Source of the DNA: Pyrinomonadaceae bacterium
Lineage (GTDB): Bacteria; Acidobacteriota; Blastocatellia; Pyrinomonadales; Pyrinomonadaceae
Assembly: GCA_035563515.1 (NCBI GenBank)
Contig: DATMVE010000059.1
Location: 22,725 to 86,724, forward strand
Reading direction: 5' to 3'
DNA length: 64,000 nt
Shown: piece after piece, positions 24,777-33,878 of the stretch
How the letters are laid out: the number at the start of each line of letters is the position of its first letter
Position numbering within the stretch: position 1 is the first letter of the stretch
Translations under genes and position numbers: made by a program
Notes under the pieces: model-generated
Databases searched by the model: none
Told to the model about the DNA's origin: nothing
The model's input: only the letters and a program-made list of their open reading frames with translations

Positions 24777-25760
24777 TTAACGGTTGATGAAGGCCAAGAG
24801 ATCGCCAGCCAGATTCTGGTCTATGGCCTTGAGGATTTCGTACTGCTCGCGCGCCGCCGCCTTGTCGCGCGCGGCGAGGTAGGCGAGCCCCAGGTTGTAG
24901 TGCGCCTGCGCCAGCCCCGGCCTGACCTTGAGCGTCTCCTTGTAGGCTTCGGCGGCTTCCGCGTACCTGCCCGCCTCGTGGTAGGCCGCGCCGAGGTTGA
25001 AGAGCGCGGCGGCGCTCTTCGGGTCCAGGCGGACGGCGTTCTTGAGGCTCTCTATCGCCTCCGGGAACTTGCCTAGCTGCCGGTAGGCGTTGCCCATGTT
25101 CTTGTGGGTCTGCGACAGCAGGTCGAATTTCGTCTGGTACTCCTGCATGTACGACTGGCCCGATTCCGGCACGAGGCGCAGGACTTCCCTGCCGGCCGCT
25201 ATGGCCTCCTCGTAGTTGCCCGCCTGGTTGTGTATGTACCCGAGGTTGTTATAAGCCTCGGCGTAGTCCGGCCTGAGCTTAATCAACTGGCTGTAAACTT
25301 CGGCCGCCTCCGTGAAGCGCTTCAGGCGAATGTAGGCGTAGCCGAGCGGGAAGTAAGCCTCGACGTAGCTCGGGTCAATCGCGATGGCCTTCTTGTACTC
25401 CTCCACGGCCTGCTCGTAGCGCTGCCGGTCGTTGAAGATGTTCCCCAGCCCCGCGTGCGGCCGCGGGTCTTGCGGGTCCAGGCTCGCGGCCAGCCTGTAC
25501 TGCTCTTCGGCCTCCGTGAAGCGCGGCGTCGCCGCCCTGCGCGCCACGTTGGCCCGCTCAATCGCGTTCTCTTTACGAAGCGAAGCCGAAGAGGACGAAG
25601 ACCCGCGCCTGATCTTGGGGTCGTCCGGCCGGCGGACGACGAGCCCGCCCGCCCCGCCCGAGATGTCCTGCGCGCGCGCGACGCCCGCGCCGCAGAGGAG
25701 CGCGAGCGCGGCGACCAACACCAGGGTCGGGCGAAAGATTGATTTCGATATACTTCTCAT
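24777..25760 (-). CDS. TPR-repeat protein, secreted
   Basis: Signal peptide, then about seven TPR units (AYxNLGxxY, YEEAIxxxxxxLxLxP). Confidence 0.85.
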   Translation of the reverse strand: MRSISKSIFRPTLVLVAALALLCGAGVARAQDISGGAGGLVVRRPDDPKIRRGSSSSSASLRKENAIERANVARRAATPRFTEAEEQYRLAASLDPQDPRPHAGLGNIFNDRQRYEQAVEEYKKAIAIDPSYVEAYFPLGYAYIRLKRFTEAAEVYSQLIKLRPDYAEAYNNLGYIHNQAGNYEEAIAAGREVLRLVPESGQSYMQEYQTKFDLLSQTHKNMGNAYRQLGKFPEAIESLKNAVRLDPKSAAALFNLGAAYHEAGRYAEAAEAYKETLKVRPGLAQAHYNLGLAYLAARDKAAAREQYEILKAIDQNLAGDLLAFINR

Positions 25761-25946
25761 AACGTTATCAGGATCGTGCCCGGCTGAGTCTATTGCCGAA
25801 AGAACCGGCCCCGTGCCCGCTTGGATGCGCTTTCCGCGAACGGTGTCGGCCGCGGCGCGAATATATTATCATCACTCACCCGGACGGGCAGCCCGCGCGG
25901 CGTCCCGTCATTTCGGCCTCGCGAGACAGAGACGGAGGAACAGAGT

Positions 25947-26426
25947 ATGGCGACAGGTGTTGCGGAAGAGTTGCTGCGGGTGGTCGAGTCGGCCTCGGAG
26001 CGCCTGCGGGCGGTGAGCGACGCGGAGGCCGCGGCCGCCAGCGCCGACGGCAAGTGGTCGAAGAAACAGATTCTGGGCCACCTGATAGATTCGGCGTCCA
26101 ACAACCACCAGCGCTTCGTCAGGGCGCAGGAGGGCGCGGAGTTCAGCGGCCCCAGGTACGAGCAGGAGCACTGGGTCGGCGTGCAGGACTACGCGTCGAG
26201 TAGTTGGGCGGAGTTGGTAGAGTTCTGGCGGCTCTACAACCGCCACCTCGCGCACGTCATCGGGCGAATTCCCGAAGAGCGTCTGGGCGTGAGCTGCCGC
26301 ATAGGGCCGGCCGAGCCCGTCACGCTCGGCTTCGTCGTCGAGGACTACCTCACGCACCTGAAGCACCACCTGCGCCAGATAGAGGGCGAGGAGACTGGGC
26401 CATTTGTTTCGGGCGCGGATATTTAA
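25947..26426 (+). CDS. DinB-family protein
   Basis: ATG 25947 preceded by GGAGG. Four-helix DinB-like pattern with GHLIDSASNNHQRF and HLKHHLRQI His residues. Confidence 0.7.
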   Translation: MATGVAEELLRVVESASERLRAVSDAEAAAASADGKWSKKQILGHLIDSASNNHQRFVRAQEGAEFSGPRYEQEHWVGVQDYASSSWAELVEFWRLYNRHLAHVIGRIPEERLGVSCRIGPAEPVTLGFVVEDYLTHLKHHLRQIEGEETGPFVSGADI

Positions 26427-26429
26427 GAC

Positions 26430-27269
26430 ATGACGAACGAAGAGTCATATCCATTTTCCGATCTGGCCCTGTCGCGCCGACTCGAAAAGGCGGAGGGGCT
26501 GGGCAACGCGGAATTCGTGGAGGCGCGCTTGAAGGCGTTCCCGGAAGGCGGCGCGCTCTGGATCGAAGTCGAAGGCGCTTACGCCATGTTCGACGGCGTC
26601 GGCTCGCCCTTGACGCAGACGTTCTGCCTGGGCATCTTCGAGCCCGTGACCGACGCCGGGCTCACGGAGTTGGAAGAGTTCTTCAGGGAGCGCGGCGCGG
26701 AAGTGTTCCACGAGGTCAGCCCGCTCGCGGACCCGAGCGCGCTCGCCCTGCTGAACGAGCGCGGCTACCGGCCCGTAGAGTTCACGAGCGTGATGTTCAG
26801 GCCCATACGTCCGGGGCTCCGCCTGTCCGAGCAGCGCAACGAGAACATTCGCGTGCGCGCGGTCGAAGGGGGCGAGTATGACCTGTGGGCGCAGACGGCC
26901 GCGCGAGGATGGAGCAGCGAGATGCCTGAGTTGACGGACTTCATACTAGAGTTGTCGAAGGTCAGCGCACACAGGGCCGGCGGGCTCTCGTTCGTGGCGG
27001 AGTTGGGCGGGGAGGCCGTAGCCACCGGCGCGCTCAGCATCTGCGAGGGCGTGGCGCTGCTCGCGGGGGCGAGCACGGTCCCCGAAGCGCGCAAGCAGGG
27101 CGCGCAACTGGCCCTGCTCGAAACCCGCCTCCAGACCGCCGCCGACCGGGGCTGCGACCTGGCCATGATGTGCGCCCTGCCCGGCAGCCCCTCGCAACGC
27201 AACGCCGAACGCCAGGGCTTCCGCATCGCTTACACCCGCACCAAGTGGCGTCTGCCCCAATCCGAATAA
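26430..27269 (+). CDS. GNAT-family N-acetyltransferase
   Basis: C-terminal acetyl-CoA-binding-like region VPEARKQGAQLALLETRLQTAADRGCD...NAERQGFRI. Confidence 0.75.
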   Translation: MTNEESYPFSDLALSRRLEKAEGLGNAEFVEARLKAFPEGGALWIEVEGAYAMFDGVGSPLTQTFCLGIFEPVTDAGLTELEEFFRERGAEVFHEVSPLADPSALALLNERGYRPVEFTSVMFRPIRPGLRLSEQRNENIRVRAVEGGEYDLWAQTAARGWSSEMPELTDFILELSKVSAHRAGGLSFVAELGGEAVATGALSICEGVALLAGASTVPEARKQGAQLALLETRLQTAADRGCDLAMMCALPGSPSQRNAERQGFRIAYTRTKWRLPQSE

Positions 27270-27292
27270 AATAACGAATCACGAAGAGACAC

Positions 27293-27329
27293 GGAACGAC
27301 GCGAAGGGTTGATGTCTTCGCGTCGTTCC
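27293..27329. terminator. Hairpin between convergent genes
   Basis: ggaacgacgcgaag / cttcgcgtcgttcc 14-bp perfect stem. Confidence 0.65.
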
Positions 27330-27376
27330 TGTTTCTCCGCGGCCGCCTTACTTTTACCTTTTTACTTTTGCCTTCT

Positions 27377-28300
27377 TTAGTACGGGCTGCCGAGTTCCTG
27401 CATGGTCTTGACTTCCCTGTAGCCCGCGGGGATGTCGAAGAGCGCGGCGTCGAGCGTGGCGGTTGAGATGTCCACGACCTCCTGCGTCGAAGACGAGCCG
27501 GGCGTGGCGATGGCCGGGACCTCTTCGTCGCCCGTGCCGAACTTCATCCTCGTGGTCGTCTCGACCGGGTAGCCGAGCTTGACCGTGCCCTCGGTCTTGA
27601 AGCGCACCTCGTCGACGCAGTCCGACTGGTCCGCCGGGAACAGCGGCGCGTTCGGCCCTTCCGCCGAGCAACTCAGCCCGCCCGGCAGGTCCACGTACCA
27701 GCCCTCCGTCTCCATCTCCATGTTCATCGGGTTGCACGCCCCCTCGGACGCGGCGATCACCGTCTTGGTCTTAATCCGTCTCGCCGTCATACCCATCACC
27801 TGTTTGCGCTCGCCCGTGTCAACCGCGCTGGTCGTGTAGGTGACGACGCCGCCGCGGCGCGGCTTGCCCGCGGCCGTGCCCGCGGCGTTCACCGGCTGGC
27901 CCGCGGCCGCCTTCGCCCCGGCGAGCGGCGTGACGAGATAAGTCTTCGTCTTGTCGTTAATCTGAATCGAGCGCTTGAGGTCGCACTGGTAAATGCTCGT
28001 GTAGCCCATGCCTTCAGTGCGCTGGCGCGAGCCCTTGATGTAGGTCGTGGAAGTGACGCTCTGCCCGCCCGCCGAACTCTTCGTGGTGATCTTCACGTCC
28101 GCGAGGACGATTGAGGCCGAACAGAAGAGGGCGACCGTCAGCGAGACCGACCGCATGAGCTTTTGTCCCCAGAAGGTCCGCGACCACTCCGGCGTCGAAG
28201 CCGCCTGGGCTTCCGCCTTCGGCGCGCGGCGCTTGAGTGAGAAGACGCCCAACACTCTGGCGAGCCTGGACTCCGAATTTTTATGATTGCTTTTCCGCAT
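27377..28300 (-). CDS. Hypothetical secreted or membrane-anchored protein
   Basis: Hydrophobic segment MRSVSLTVALFCSASIVLA (alternative start at 28156). Coherent frame. No family recognised. Confidence 0.6.
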   Translation of the reverse strand: MRKSNHKNSESRLARVLGVFSLKRRAPKAEAQAASTPEWSRTFWGQKLMRSVSLTVALFCSASIVLADVKITTKSSAGGQSVTSTTYIKGSRQRTEGMGYTSIYQCDLKRSIQINDKTKTYLVTPLAGAKAAAGQPVNAAGTAAGKPRRGGVVTYTTSAVDTGERKQVMGMTARRIKTKTVIAASEGACNPMNMEMETEGWYVDLPGGLSCSAEGPNAPLFPADQSDCVDEVRFKTEGTVKLGYPVETTTRMKFGTGDEEVPAIATPGSSSTQEVVDISTATLDAALFDIPAGYREVKTMQELGSPY

Positions 28301-28423
28301 CTTGTTTCTCCCGATTGGTGATGGCTGTTAAGTTCCTGCCCTACCCGTTAACGCGCAAAGCGGCGGCTAAACGGATCACCAGTTGTCACCTGAAAGTGGC
28401 CCAGGTAAACTCTGGCCGCGCCG

Positions 28424-28921
28424 ATGAAACTCCAAACTATTACGCCCGACGACCTGCCGCTCTACGAGAGTTTTTACTGCGACGCGCGGATGATGGCGCA
28501 CCTGGGCGGGCCGTGGCCCAGAGAGCGCATGCCGCGGAAGCTGCTGCGCGACGTGGAGTCTGTGGAGAACGGTCGGGCCTGGGTCTTCAAGGTCATCCCC
28601 GAAGACGGCGGGGGCCGGGCGGCGGGGACCGTCTGCATCTGGGAAAACTCGTGGCGGGGCGAGGCCATCAACGAAATCGGCTGGATGATTCTCCCGCAGT
28701 TTCAGGGCCGCGGGCTGGCGACGAAAGCCGTGCGCGCCGTCCTCGACAAAGCACTCTCAGAGCGGCGCTGGGACATCGTCCACGCGTTTCCTTCGGTGAC
28801 CAACCCTCCCTCTAACGCCATCTGCCGGAAGGCGGGGTTTTCTCTGGTCGAGGAATGTGACCTCGAATGGGACGGCCGCGCCCTGCGCTGCAACCACTGG
28901 CGACTCGGCCTCCTGCGCTGA
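28424..28921 (+). CDS. GNAT-family acetyltransferase (RimJ/RimL-like)
   Basis: ILPQFQGRGLATKAVRAVLD and NPPSNAICRKAGFSLVEE motifs. Confidence 0.75.
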   Translation: MKLQTITPDDLPLYESFYCDARMMAHLGGPWPRERMPRKLLRDVESVENGRAWVFKVIPEDGGGRAAGTVCIWENSWRGEAINEIGWMILPQFQGRGLATKAVRAVLDKALSERRWDIVHAFPSVTNPPSNAICRKAGFSLVEECDLEWDGRALRCNHWRLGLLR

Positions 28922-30079
28922 ATCACTTACGCCGACCTTCCGATTGTCCTCTTCGACGCGCAGGCCGACTCGCCCGCCCGTCAGATTTGTGCCAAGTTCT
29001 GCCGAGAGTTCGCCGAGGCGCGCGAGGATGCTGCGGGCCTCTTCGGGCGCGGCCGCGCGCGGCAGATATTTTTCGATGAAGACGGGCCGGACTTCGGCCG
29101 AGATGAGGCCGTTCTTGCCGAGCCGGCAGCGCAGCACGACGCTCTCGACGACCCTGCGGCCGAGGCTGGGCGGGGAGTCGAAGACGAAGTTTCCGAGCGA
29201 GTAGGCGACGAGCGCGCGGCGCGTCCCCGCGGCGCTCCTGTGCGTGAAAGCCTGTAGCCCCTGCAACGTGTGCGTGTGGTGACCGAGGACGAGGTCAGCG
29301 CCCGCCTCGACGGCCGCCTGTGCCAATTCTCGCTGCCGCCCGCTCGGCCGCGAGGCGTACTCTATTCCCCAGTGCAGCGAGACGACGACCACGTCGGCCC
29401 GCTCCCGCGACGCAACGACGGCGCGACTCAGCGCGGACTTCGACGCGCGCGCCACGCCGCGCCAGACCTCACTCCCCGGCCCGCTCAAGGGCTCCACGTC
29501 CGTGAAAGCGACGAAGGCTATCTTGATTCCTTTGACGCTCAGGATTGTCGGCGCTTCGGCCGCGGCGAGCGTCGGCCCCGCCCCGGCCCAGCCGAGGCCG
29601 CGCGCCCTGAGGTGGTCAATCGTCTCGAACAGTCCGCTCTCTCCGCAATCCAGCGTGTGATTGTTGGCGAGCGAGAGCAGGTCGAAGCCCGCGCCGCGTA
29701 GGGCGTCCGCCGCGCCGGGCCGTGCCTGAAAACTGATCTTCTTCCGAGACCTCTGGCAGCGCGACGCCACAGGGTTCTCCAGGTTGCCGAACGTCACGTC
29801 CGCCCCCGCGAGCGCGTCTTCGACTCCGGCAAACACACGCGCCGCCCCCTCACGCTCAATCCGCCTCGCCACGCCGCGGTCGAGCAAAATATCCCCCACC
29901 GCGACCAACTCGACCGCCGCCTCATCCTGCGCACGCACCTTAACCGAGAGAACGAGCGATGAGACGATTGCCGCGAACAGCAGAAGGCAGCGGGCAGCGG
30001 GCAGCGGGCAGCGGGCAGTTTTTTGCGGCCCCTCGCGGGGCCGAATGATTACCGTATCGCGCTGCGTCTTACTCCCCAC
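28757..30079 (-). CDS. CapA-family metallophosphatase-like protein (poly-gamma-glutamate capsule synthesis family)
   Basis: VGDILLDRGV, ANNHTLDCG, SLHWGIEY and LGHHTHTLQG motifs. The GTG start at 30079 is uncertain because a heptamer array lies in the 5' region. The 3' end overlaps the convergent GNAT gene. Confidence 0.7.
   Translation of the reverse strand: MGSKTQRDTVIIRPREGPQKTARCPLPAARCLLLFAAIVSSLVLSVKVRAQDEAAVELVAVGDILLDRGVARRIEREGAARVFAGVEDALAGADVTFGNLENPVASRCQRSRKKISFQARPGAADALRGAGFDLLSLANNHTLDCGESGLFETIDHLRARGLGWAGAGPTLAAAEAPTILSVKGIKIAFVAFTDVEPLSGPGSEVWRGVARASKSALSRAVVASRERADVVVVSLHWGIEYASRPSGRQRELAQAAVEAGADLVLGHHTHTLQGLQAFTHRSAAGTRRALVAYSLGNFVFDSPPSLGRRVVESVVLRCRLGKNGLISAEVRPVFIEKYLPRAAAPEEARSILARLGELSAELGTNLTGGRVGLRVEEDNRKVGVSDSAQEAESPVVAAQGAAVPFEVTFLDQRKPRLPADGVRGRVGHRRKRVDDVPAPL
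29986..30018. repeat. One-armed heptamer array (GGCAGCG)x4 plus GGCAG
   Basis: ggcagcgggcagcgggcagcgggcagcgggcag followed by T6. Same word as the hairpin arms at 42435, 52339, 59354 and 60042. Confidence 0.8.
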
Positions 30080-30082
30080 TGT

Positions 30083-32164
30083 CTATTGCCTGCCGCCCAC
30101 TTTTTTCTGTCCCGGCAGCAGAAAGCTCTTCGTCCAGACGGGGGGCGGCGGGGTCTTGCCTGTGTTGAGCATCCGCTGCCACTTCTCGTCGGTCAGGCGG
30201 TCGGCGCTGGGGTGCTGGAACTCGTAGTAGCTGAAGACGGCCCCGCGCGTCAGCACGAGTTTTCCTTCGACGGGCACGACGACCAGAATCTCGTTGGCGT
30301 GGCCGACGCCTTCTTCGAGCACGACCGCGCCGCCCGTGTGCACGTCCGCCACCACGGCCATGTCCTTGTCCGTCTCGTTGACCATCTCCCACGTGTCAGG
30401 GTTCCCCGTCATCACGGACAGCGTCAAGTATTCGAGCGTGCCGCCGATGTGCCGAATCTGGTCGTACTCCTCGTCGGTCAGCCTCTCGCCGCGCAGCTCC
30501 TTCTCCGAGATGGTCTTGAGCGTGGCGAGCAGTCCCTCGAACTGCTCGAACTTGTCCTTGAGCTGGTCCGAAAGCAGGTTGCGCGCCGTCAAGCCTTCGC
30601 GCGACTGGCGCGTCAGGCCGAGCAGGCGGTCCCAGAAGAGCACGTTCGGCTCGACGTAGCCCTTGTAAGACGCGGGCTCCTCGCCGTCGCCCATCTCCGC
30701 GCCGCTCTGCTTGCCGTAAAGAATCGTGTCGTGGCGCAGCTCCGCCCACGAGCCGAGCGCCGTGTTGAGCGACTTGTCTTGCCACGCGGCGTTGAGCATG
30801 AAGGAGGGATACCCTTTCGGCGCGGGCTCCAGGAGCGCCTTCAGCGCGTAGAGCCAGCTCCAGTAGAGGTTCGATGTCCACTTCTCCTGCTTCACCGCGG
30901 CGAACTCTTCGATGAGCTTCGCGCGCGACGGCAAGTATTCGGGCCAGTTCCTGGGGTTGTAGATGTTGGCGTAAGTGTCCAGGTGCGCGCGCGCGCGCGT
31001 GCTCCCGATGACGGCCATCACGTCGAGGCCCGAGGGGAAGACCCTGTGGACGGGGACGGAGAGGCGCTGCATGATCTCACTGTCGGGGATGTAGCGCTGG
31101 CCCATGAAGCGCAGTTGGACGGAGGCGTCCGGGACCGCAGGCTGGTTGGGCCGGATTTGGGTGCGCGCCTGGATGCGCGCGGGCCGCAGCTTCTGCGCGG
31201 CGTCGGCGAAGGCCGCGAACTTCTCTGCGTCCGCGAACGCCTCCGGGCCCGCGTCGTCGCCGAAGACTTGCCCCATCGCGGTCTTCCACTCGGCGGGCGT
31301 CACGTCGTCGGCCGCGCCGACGTAGAAGGAGGTCGGCTCGTAGATGGTCGCCCACTCGCCTTCGAGCTTCGCGCGGTAGAGCGAGCGCGTGAGCAGTAGG
31401 CTCTGCCGAATCTGCTCCCCGCTCAGCCCCTCGTTGGTGCGCACGGCGAACGGCGTCAGCCCGTACCACATCATCGCGCCGAAGTAGCGCTTCAGCGCCT
31501 CGCTGCGCGTGTAGTGGCCGCGCGGGTTGAACTGCGAGTAGTCCACCACGTAGGGGAAGATCGCGCCGACCTTGAAGCCCGCGTGCGCCCTGATGAGGTC
31601 GAGCTCCGTCTGCACGATTGCCAGCGCCTCCGCGGGGACGCTCGCCTGCGGGTCCAGGAGGCGCAGCGCAACGGCGAAGTAAGCTGTGTTCTTCAGCGCG
31701 GCCTGTTTCAGTTGCGGGTCCGAAAGCTCCCTCATGGTCTTGACGGAGTCTTCGAGCATCCCTTCGGTCAGCTTGCGCAGCACGGGCGCGAGCGCCTGCT
31801 CCTCGACCGTGCGGAGCGTGAAGTCGTAAAAGATGTGGTAGAGGTGCAGCACCGCGTCCGTCGTCACGAACGAAGGCAGGTCGCGGTAGTCGTTGTCCTC
31901 GTAGATGTGGAACAACTGCTTCTGGGTGGTCGGCGACGAGACGAAAAGGTTCTCGTAGAGCGCCTTCCGCTCGGCCGTGCTCAGCGCGCGAATGCGGTTG
32001 AACGCGCGCACGTTGACGACCTCCGCGAGCGTGGGCGACACCTTGTAAGGCTTGACCGCGGCGGCAGCGGTCTGCGGCGCGGGCGGCGACGGGCGGGCCC
32101 CGCCGAGCGCCGTCGCCAGCAGCGCGAACAGCAGCAGAATGGCACAAATTTCTCTTCGTCTCAT
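30083..32164 (-). CDS. Large secreted protein (DUF3160-like; family name from memory, unverified)
   Basis: 693 aa with a signal peptide and a coherent high-GC3 frame. The antisense ORFs 30023..31399 and 31514..32182 are shadows. Confidence 0.6.
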   Translation of the reverse strand: MRRREICAILLLFALLATALGGARPSPPAPQTAAAAVKPYKVSPTLAEVVNVRAFNRIRALSTAERKALYENLFVSSPTTQKQLFHIYEDNDYRDLPSFVTTDAVLHLYHIFYDFTLRTVEEQALAPVLRKLTEGMLEDSVKTMRELSDPQLKQAALKNTAYFAVALRLLDPQASVPAEALAIVQTELDLIRAHAGFKVGAIFPYVVDYSQFNPRGHYTRSEALKRYFGAMMWYGLTPFAVRTNEGLSGEQIRQSLLLTRSLYRAKLEGEWATIYEPTSFYVGAADDVTPAEWKTAMGQVFGDDAGPEAFADAEKFAAFADAAQKLRPARIQARTQIRPNQPAVPDASVQLRFMGQRYIPDSEIMQRLSVPVHRVFPSGLDVMAVIGSTRARAHLDTYANIYNPRNWPEYLPSRAKLIEEFAAVKQEKWTSNLYWSWLYALKALLEPAPKGYPSFMLNAAWQDKSLNTALGSWAELRHDTILYGKQSGAEMGDGEEPASYKGYVEPNVLFWDRLLGLTRQSREGLTARNLLSDQLKDKFEQFEGLLATLKTISEKELRGERLTDEEYDQIRHIGGTLEYLTLSVMTGNPDTWEMVNETDKDMAVVADVHTGGAVVLEEGVGHANEILVVVPVEGKLVLTRGAVFSYYEFQHPSADRLTDEKWQRMLNTGKTPPPPVWTKSFLLPGQKKVGGRQ

Positions 32165-32167
32165 GTT

Positions 32168-32791
32168 TCAGTCCTCTGTTGAATTTCCCCGAAGCGTGAC
32201 GCGCCGGCCGTCCGCCTCAACCGTAATCTCGGCGCGCGTGACCGCGAGTAGCCGAGCCTTCAGCCAGTCGCCGCGCTCCCAGTCCTGCGTGAAGCCGAAG
32301 CCGTTCCAGGAGTAGGCCGCGAGCGCCTGCCTGCCGTCGCGTCTGGTCTCCACGGCGTACAGCTCGTCGCGGCCGTCGCCGTTTGTGTCGGCGAAGCCGA
32401 AGTCCGCGAACGGCCGGCTCAGCGTCGAGCCGAGCCACTTGGGCGCGGCGCGCCGCCCGTCCCAGTCGTAAATGAAGAGGCAGTTGTGCGGCCGCGGGAT
32501 GAACTTCGTCGCCTTGAAGACGCCGACCACTATCTCCCTGCGCCCGTCGCCGTCAACGTCCGCGACCATCAGCTTCCACGGACGCCAGCGCCCGTGCACG
32601 CCCTCCCACAGCAGGCGACGCCCGCGCCGCACGCTCACCGCGGGGTCGCGCGCCGCGTCCAGCGTAATCCGCTCGACGCGCCCGTCGCCGTCAAGGTCCG
32701 CTTCGACGGACACGGGGCCCGCGGCGCGGGACGTGACGGCGGTCGCGCAGAGCAGGAGCAGGAGCGAAAGGGCTTGTGTCAGGCGACGCAT
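32168..32791 (-). CDS. FG-GAP/VCBS-repeat protein, secreted
   Basis: Signal peptide. Repeated DxDGDGRxE calcium-binding-like motifs (DLDGDGRVE, DVDGDGRRE, DTNGDGRDE). Confidence 0.75.
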   Translation of the reverse strand: MRRLTQALSLLLLLCATAVTSRAAGPVSVEADLDGDGRVERITLDAARDPAVSVRRGRRLLWEGVHGRWRPWKLMVADVDGDGRREIVVGVFKATKFIPRPHNCLFIYDWDGRRAAPKWLGSTLSRPFADFGFADTNGDGRDELYAVETRRDGRQALAAYSWNGFGFTQDWERGDWLKARLLAVTRAEITVEADGRRVTLRGNSTED

Positions 32792-33001
32792 CGGTTAGCG
32801 ATAAAAGTTACGGGAGAGAATTTTCCTTCGTGGCGACTGCTTATCTGCCTGGGGCATGCCACCGCAAATCCTGAGATGTGATTGAGCGAGCTTTTTGCGT
32901 AAAAGCCATTTTTATCCCCGCAGGGGTCGTCTTCTGCCTGCGCCCGCTTCTTGTTTTTAGATGCGGCCCCGTTCGCTTTCTGAGATACTGTTGGGCGCGC
33001 G

Positions 33002-33868
33002 ATGGCGACCATAACGAGCAGCTTGCAGGTGCTGGTGAACCCGGCGGGCTTCCGCTACTTTCTTCAGGAGAGGATTGCGGGCGGGGGCGGGGGCGAAGTC
33101 TACGGGGCCGTTAGCCAGACGGGGCAGAAGGTCGCCATCAAGTACATCAAGCCCAACCCGCACAACCGCGGCGGCAGCATCGCCACTTGGATTAACGAGT
33201 GCAACTCGTCTCTGAAGTGCCAGAACCACCCGCACGTCGTCAGCGTCTACGAGTACTTCCAGACGGCGCAGGGCCACCTCGTCATCATCATGGAGCGCGC
33301 CGACTGCTCGCTCGCGGACCTCGTCAAGCGCGGCTACCGCTTCGACACGCGCGCCGCCTGCGGCGTCGGGATGCAGGTCGCGCAGGCGCTGAGCTTCATA
33401 CACTCGCTCACCTCGCCCATCATCCACCGCGACGTGACGCCCAAAAATATCCTGGTCTTCCACAACTGGATTTATAAGCTCTCGGACTTCGGCATCTCCA
33501 AGCAGACGGTCACGCCCGCCGAGATCGCCAACACTTTCATAGGCTACTCGTCCTACATCCCGCCCGAACTCCTGGGCCGCGGCTACTCCTGGCAGCAGGC
33601 GGATTTGTACCAGCTCGGCGTGGTGCTCCTGACGCTCATGCTCGGCGTCTCGCCGATTGACGAGAGCCAGCCGCAGCAATTCATCTACGACCAGATCATG
33701 GCGGGCGTGCCGCGCCTCCGTGCCGAGGCGCTCGTCGCTGCGGGCGGGAGCACGGGCGAGCTGGCGAAGGTCGTCTCCATCATGCTCCGCCGGCGCAACG
33801 AGTACAGGTATCGCTCCGCCGCGGAGGTTTACAACGAACTGGCGCGCGTCTCCAATTTGCCCTATTGA
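33002..33868 (+). CDS. Stand-alone Ser/Thr protein kinase (catalytic domain only)
   Basis: Gly-rich loop GGGGGEVYGAV, VAIKYIK Lys, HRDVTPKN catalytic loop, SDFG, PPE. Confidence 0.85.
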   Translation: MATITSSLQVLVNPAGFRYFLQERIAGGGGGEVYGAVSQTGQKVAIKYIKPNPHNRGGSIATWINECNSSLKCQNHPHVVSVYEYFQTAQGHLVIIMERADCSLADLVKRGYRFDTRAACGVGMQVAQALSFIHSLTSPIIHRDVTPKNILVFHNWIYKLSDFGISKQTVTPAEIANTFIGYSSYIPPELLGRGYSWQQADLYQLGVVLLTLMLGVSPIDESQPQQFIYDQIMAGVPRLRAEALVAAGGSTGELAKVVSIMLRRRNEYRYRSAAEVYNELARVSNLPY

Positions 33869-33878
33869 CCCCTTAAAT

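Noticed and set aside
29986-30018. CRISPR-like appearance of the short tandem repeats (also 43815-43871 and the hairpin arms)
   Set aside because: The units are 7 nt with no spacers. The arrays are 30-40 nt and usually paired with an inverted copy. No cas genes are present.
30023-31399. 458-aa plus-strand ORF, along with 31514..32182 and several others opposite the 30083-32164 gene
   Set aside because: It is antisense to a coherent 693-aa secreted protein. The translation is Arg/Ala/Gly/Val-rich with no motifs, typical of high-GC shadow ORFs.
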